A stretch of DNA of 63,229 nucleotides, filler included, from Octopus bimaculoides (Eukaryota): assembly GCF_001194135.2 (NCBI RefSeq). It is 5 parts of 4 records of this genome, joined end to end, with 100 filler letters (N's around TTAATTAATTAA, not from the genome) between each part and the next. Parts side by side here need not be neighbours in the genome. Positions count along the whole stretch, not along the records: positions 55,565 to 60,946 come from NC_068986.1; positions 61,047 to 63,229 come from NC_068993.1; 3 more parts are not named here. One strand, given 5' to 3'. Of this stretch, positions 58,847-63,229 are shown one piece after another (within the stretch, counting starts at the first letter, position 1; every line of letters starts with the position of its first letter). Under the pieces are notes generated by a model. That model saw only the letters and a program-made list of their open reading frames with translations, did no database searches and was not told the DNA's origin. The position numbers and the translations under genes are program-made.

Positions 58847-59299
58847 TGGGTGGGTGATATATTGTATGTGACTAGGTTGTGCGTTTACACCCAAGTCACA
58901 TTTTGTGACAATTATAATTCTGCTTTTTGGTGAAACGTTGCAACCTTCTGTTTATATTAATTTTGTGAATACACATTATCAAATCGCTAAATCATCCATT
59001 AACTTTGATGATGAAAACATATATACTAAGAGAGAAACAGATCCAGAAAATACCGAACTCCAAGTTAACTTAACTGATGAGGGCACCGGAAATTTCCGAA
59101 ACTGACGTCACTCTTAAGAATTCTCGATCGGTATTTCTCGGACAATTTTGGTCCCTGTGTTTTCACTCACGTGCGTTAACTACAGCATTAGAATATTTTA
59201 GCTCTTATTTCTAGCAATGTAGGTGTTTTTGACCATTTTGAGTCTCTCTTTGGTGAAACAGTGCAAACTACTGTTTATATCTTTTTCTACTCTAGACAC

Positions 59300-59480
59300 A
59301 ATGCCTGAAATTTTGGATTAGATCGACCCCCAGTGCGCAACTGATACTTAATTTGTCGACCCCGAAAGGATGAAAGGCAAAGTCGAACTCGGCAGAATTT
59401 GAACTCAGAGCGTAAAGACAGACGAAATACCGCTAAGCATTTCGCCCGGTGTGCTTAACGTTTTTGCCAAGTTCGCCTCT
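59300..59480 (-). mobile_element. SINE family C
   Basis: CCCCGAAAGGATGAAAGGCAAAGTCGAACTCGGCAGAATTTGAACTCAGAGCGTAAAGACAGACGAAATACCGCTAAGCATTTCGCCCGG. Confidence 0.9.
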
Positions 59481-60946
59481 TTATATCATTCAACTATAGT
59501 AGTAGTAGTAGAATAATATTCTTAAGGCCGCAATTTACTCACTGGTAGCATTTTTCAGAGCATATCGCCAATTCAGTTCTTAGCCAAATTGGAAACTGGT
59601 AATATTTTTGAAGAGAATTGGTCNNNNNNNNNNNNNNNNNNNNNNNNNNNNNNNNNNNNNNNNNNNNNNNNNNNNNNNNNNNNNNNNNNNNNNNNNNNNN
59701 NNNNNNNNNNNNNNNNNNNNNNNNNNNNNNNNNNNNNNNNNNNNNNNNNNNNNNNNNNNNNNNNNNNNNNNNNNNNNNNNNNNNNNNNNNNNNNNNNNNN
59801 NNNNNNNNNNNNNNNNNNNNNNNNNNNNNNNNNNNNNNNNNNNNNNNNNNNNNNNNNNNNNNNNNNNNNNNNNNNNNNNNNNNNNNNNNNNNNNNNNNNN
59901 NNNNNNNNNNNNNNNNNNNNNNNNNNNNNNNNNNNNNNNNNNNNNNNNNNNNNNNNNNNNNNNNNNNNNNNNNNNNNNNNNNNNNNNNNNNNNNNNNNNN
60001 NNNNNNNNNNNNNNNNNNNNNNNNNNNNNNNNNNNNNNNNNNNNNNNNNNNNNNNNNNNNNNNNNNNNNNNNNNNNNNNNNNNNNNNNNNNNNNNNNNNN
60101 NNNNNNNNNNNNNNNNNNNNNNNNNNNNNNNNNNNNNNNNNNNNNNNNNNNNNNNNNNNNNNNNNNNNNNNNNNNNNNNNNNNNNNNNNNNNNNNNNNNN
60201 NNNNNNNNNNNNNNNNNNNNNNNNNNNNNNNNNNNNNNNNNNNNATATATATATATATATAATATATGTATATATATGTATGTATACACACACAGTCACA
60301 CACATACACATATATAATATATTATGGCTTCCCATGTGCCTACCCTCAACACCAGTTCAGTTGCACAGTGGCGCTTTCTTTATATGTAACGTGTCGAGGT
60401 GGGATGGGGGAATTGTTGTAATTAATGCAATACATTCCGATCTAGGCCTGACTACTACTGATTTCTTAAGAGAACGATACAAAAACACCGAACGATATTG
60501 TCAAAAGAATGCTCCCCAGTATAGGACTGGCATTTATCCATCCCTAAAGAGGATCGACGTAGCTGATAGATGCCTTGTTTGGACTCTAGAATAAATGCAA
60601 GACTCTAGAATAAATGCTTCAAGACAACTTATTCGAAGCTCTACGAATATTTCAAGTGGCTTATTGTGTATACAAGTGTATGTGAGTGTGTGTGTGAGTG
60701 GGTAAGTGTGTGTATGTGAGTGTACGTACGTGTATATATACATACATACATATAATATATATATATATATATACACACACACAAATGCATATAGTTATAT
60801 ATGTATATATGAATATACACAAACACACAATCCCCGACCCTAACATCCTCAGCTATTTCTATCACAGATCGTGGTTGTTTTATATATCGTAAACTTGATC
60901 GAATTATAACGCCAGAGGGAAAGAAAAGTAAGTAGAGAGAGAACAT

Positions 60947-61046
60947 NNNNNNNNNNNNNNNNNNNNNNNNNNNNNNNNNNNNNNNNNNNNTTAATTAATT
61001 AANNNNNNNNNNNNNNNNNNNNNNNNNNNNNNNNNNNNNNNNNNNN
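60947..61046. other. Synthetic scaffold spacer with TTAATTAATTAA
   Basis: 12-mer at 60991-61002 inside an N run. Confidence 0.95.
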
Positions 61047-61085
61047 ATATGTATGTATTTAAGTGCGTGTACATATAAATGTATA

Positions 61086-61303
61086 CACAGGGTGCGGCAG
61101 AAATAATGCCCTTTTGAGTTTAGTTTCTAATTGGTTATTTTTATTTATTTCCTAAAACTTCTGCGATTTTTTTCATTAGTTTGTCATTCGTTTCTTTAAG
61201 TAATGCAATAAATTTGTGTTCCATAAAATGTTACTTAATAAACATTTATATAGTATAAAAGTTATTAATTGCAAAAAGGGCGTTATTTTTACCGCACACT
61301 GTG
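61086..61303. mobile_element. Tc1/mariner-type MITE (218 bp)
   Basis: TIRs CACAGGGTGCGGCAGAAATAATGCCCTTTTG and CAAAAAGGGCGTTATTTTTACCGCACACTGTG; TA on the left; AT-rich interior. Confidence 0.8.
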
Positions 61304-61391
61304 TGTGTGCGTGCGTGCGTGTGCGTATGTTTATATGTCTGTGTGCATGAGTATATGTGTGGATTTGCATGTGAGCTACAGATGTGGATAT

Positions 61392-61675
61392 AGGCGTGGC
61401 TGTGTGGCAAGAGGTTAGCTTCCCAACTACATGGTTCCTGGTTCAGTCCTACTGCGAGAAACCTTGGGCAAGTGTCTTCTATTGTAGCTTCGAGCCGACC
61501 AAAGCCTTGTGAGTGGATTTGGTAGACGGAAACTGAAAGAAACCCGTCGTGTATATGCATGTGTGTGTGTGCGCGCGTGTGTGTGCGTGCGTGTGTGTGC
61601 GTGTGTGTGTGTGTGCGTGTTAGTTCCTCATCACCACTTGACAAATGATGCTGGTGTGTTTACGTCCCTGTAAGG
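61392..61675 (+). mobile_element. SINE family A, 3'-truncated
   Basis: GGCGTGGCTGTGTGGCAAG...CCTGGTTCAGTCC...GACCAAAGCCTTGTGAGTGGATTTGGTAGACGGAAACTGAAAG. Confidence 0.88.
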
Positions 61676-61969
61676 AATGCACGGTGCTGACTAGAAAGGA
61701 AGAAAGGATAAAGGTTGCATCGTCTTTGCTCGGCATACGAATAGGACAGAGTGGTGACATTTAGTAGAGATGATCCGGAAATTGTTCCTCTTCGATTACT
61801 ATCGCAAACAGCAGTAGCTTTCTTCAACTGAATACACGTCGTTGAAATACGAAATTTTGTCGAAAATGTTCAAAGTAAACCGTGTTCTGCGTGAGACATT
61901 TCACCAGTATACGAAGTTTCAAACTGTTTAGTTGATTAATAAAAAAATCTGTACGCCAAACTGAACAGA

Positions 61970-62232
61970 TCCTGAGTGGATTTGGTGGACGGAAACTGGA
62001 AGAAGCCCATCGTTTGTGTGTGTGTGAGTCGTTGTGTCAGTCTTTGTCCCTCACCACCCCTTGATAACTGGTGTTGGTGTGTTTACATCCCCGTAAATTA
62101 GCAGTTTGGCAAAATAGATCGATAGAATAAGTACCAGGCTTTTAAAAAAACGCAGTGGATTCGCTCGATTAAAATTCTTCAGGGCGGTGTCTTAGCATAG
62201 TCACAGCCGAATGACTGAAACAACTAAAAGAA
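61970..62232 (+). mobile_element. SINE family A, 5'-truncated
   Basis: GAGTGGATTTGGTGGACGGAAACTGG...GATAGAATAAGTACCAGG...GAATGACTGAAACAACTAAAAG. Confidence 0.85.
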
Positions 62233-62645
62233 GAAGAGATCCAACGAGCTCTGATGAGCAGAGGTTCACTGTAGCAGCCGTTAAGAATGGTGGGTGGAGG
62301 CAACATGTCTGGAGTAGAAGCTTAAATATATTGGTATATCAGTCATGTGACCGTTCTTCGGATTATTAGCTTATTTATAATGTTTACCAAGTCGGACAGA
62401 GCTAAACTGGTTTGTCAAATTTACATAATAGTGCATGTGCAGACAAGATGGATTAATTAATTAATCAATTATTTAATTGTGTACTATATTACATTTGGGG
62501 CCGCGGAGTTGGAGGTAATTTAAAATGTAAGGTAACCAGTTTTCAACGAAAAATAGAGGCTACGTTGTATGTTTATTATTAATAAGAATACCTTATCCTT
62601 TTCACTCTTTCTAATTATATACATACATGCATGCATCCATACACA

Positions 62646-62692
<47 letters not shown>

Positions 62693-63229
62693 TCATAGAT
62701 TCACACACAGACACATTCAAAGATTCACCCACAAACATTTAAATCCAGACACAGCACAGATGCAGTTAATACACACAATCACATCAAACCACAAAGTATC
62801 ATTCATTCACACACATGCGCTCCCCTACATACACACACACACACACACACACTCGATCAACCCCCTCTCTTTCACCACACCAGAAATGGCGGCATTTCAC
62901 AAGCATCANNNNNNNNNNCGATAAAGGCAGTCAATGGTGGGAAGAGGGGGTACATTTAGAAGAGGGCGAGGTGAAGGGCTGCGATGCAATGAAGCTTTGT
63001 GTCGGTCACCTAGGTAACAGCATCCCGTCACAATAATAAACCCCAACTCCCTTCTCTCGTTGCTTTTACATCTTCAGATTACATCCCTTAGCGCTCGTTT
63101 GCGTTTGGATACACACACACACACACACACACCCTACCTCCTTCACTTTCTCCACCTCACTCTTTACACACACACACCCTCCCTTTCTCTCTTTCTCCAC
63201 CTCTCTCTTTACACAGACACACACACACT

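Noticed and set aside
59539-60335. Long ORFs of 200-330 aa in the track, and similar ones at 4060-4452, 17011-17444, 18067-18589, 23280-23933 and 54796-55206
   Set aside because: They run through N gaps (poly-X) and flanking microsatellites.
60300-60620. ORF tail NILWLPMC...VWTLE and a possible CR1/L2 zinc-knuckle relic on the minus strand
   Set aside because: The ORF length is inflated by the gap, and the similarity to LINE C-termini is too weak to call.

Overview
Eukaryotic, AT-rich, microsatellite-saturated genomic DNA from a gapped short-read-type assembly. I infer a coleoid cephalopod (Octopus-like) from the SINE families and the (AT)n/(CA)n/(TAA)n density; this is recognition, not a database result. 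I find no host protein-coding gene, rRNA, true tRNA gene or CRISPR array that I can support. Most ORFs in the track are microsatellite or N-run artefacts. The real coding remnants are all transposon-derived: two RTE LINEs (one with a PHD-type C4HC3 finger inside the RT C-terminal region), several R4/Dong-like restriction-endonuclease LINE fragments, an uninterrupted Tx1/L1 RT fragment, and several Tc1/mariner remnants including one near full-length mariner with TIRs. Three abundant tRNA-like SINE families plus a fourth SINE-like tail are present. Most notable observations: (1) several dispersed minimal hammerhead-ribozyme-like motifs, probably Penelope-like terminal repeats, two of them inside fold-back pairs; (2) two different Dong-like LINEs stacked in one (TAA)n tract; (3) a sharp CpG-depleted to CpG-normal transition near 15.4-15.8 kb; (4) many fold-back structures that could be dsRNA/ADAR substrates; (5) a candidate TATA/Inr promoter with a nearby Pbx-Meis plus GC-box element at 49.6-51.1 kb. 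Four TTAATTAATTAA blocks inside 100-bp N spacers are synthetic scaffold joins, so adjacency across them is not sequence-supported.
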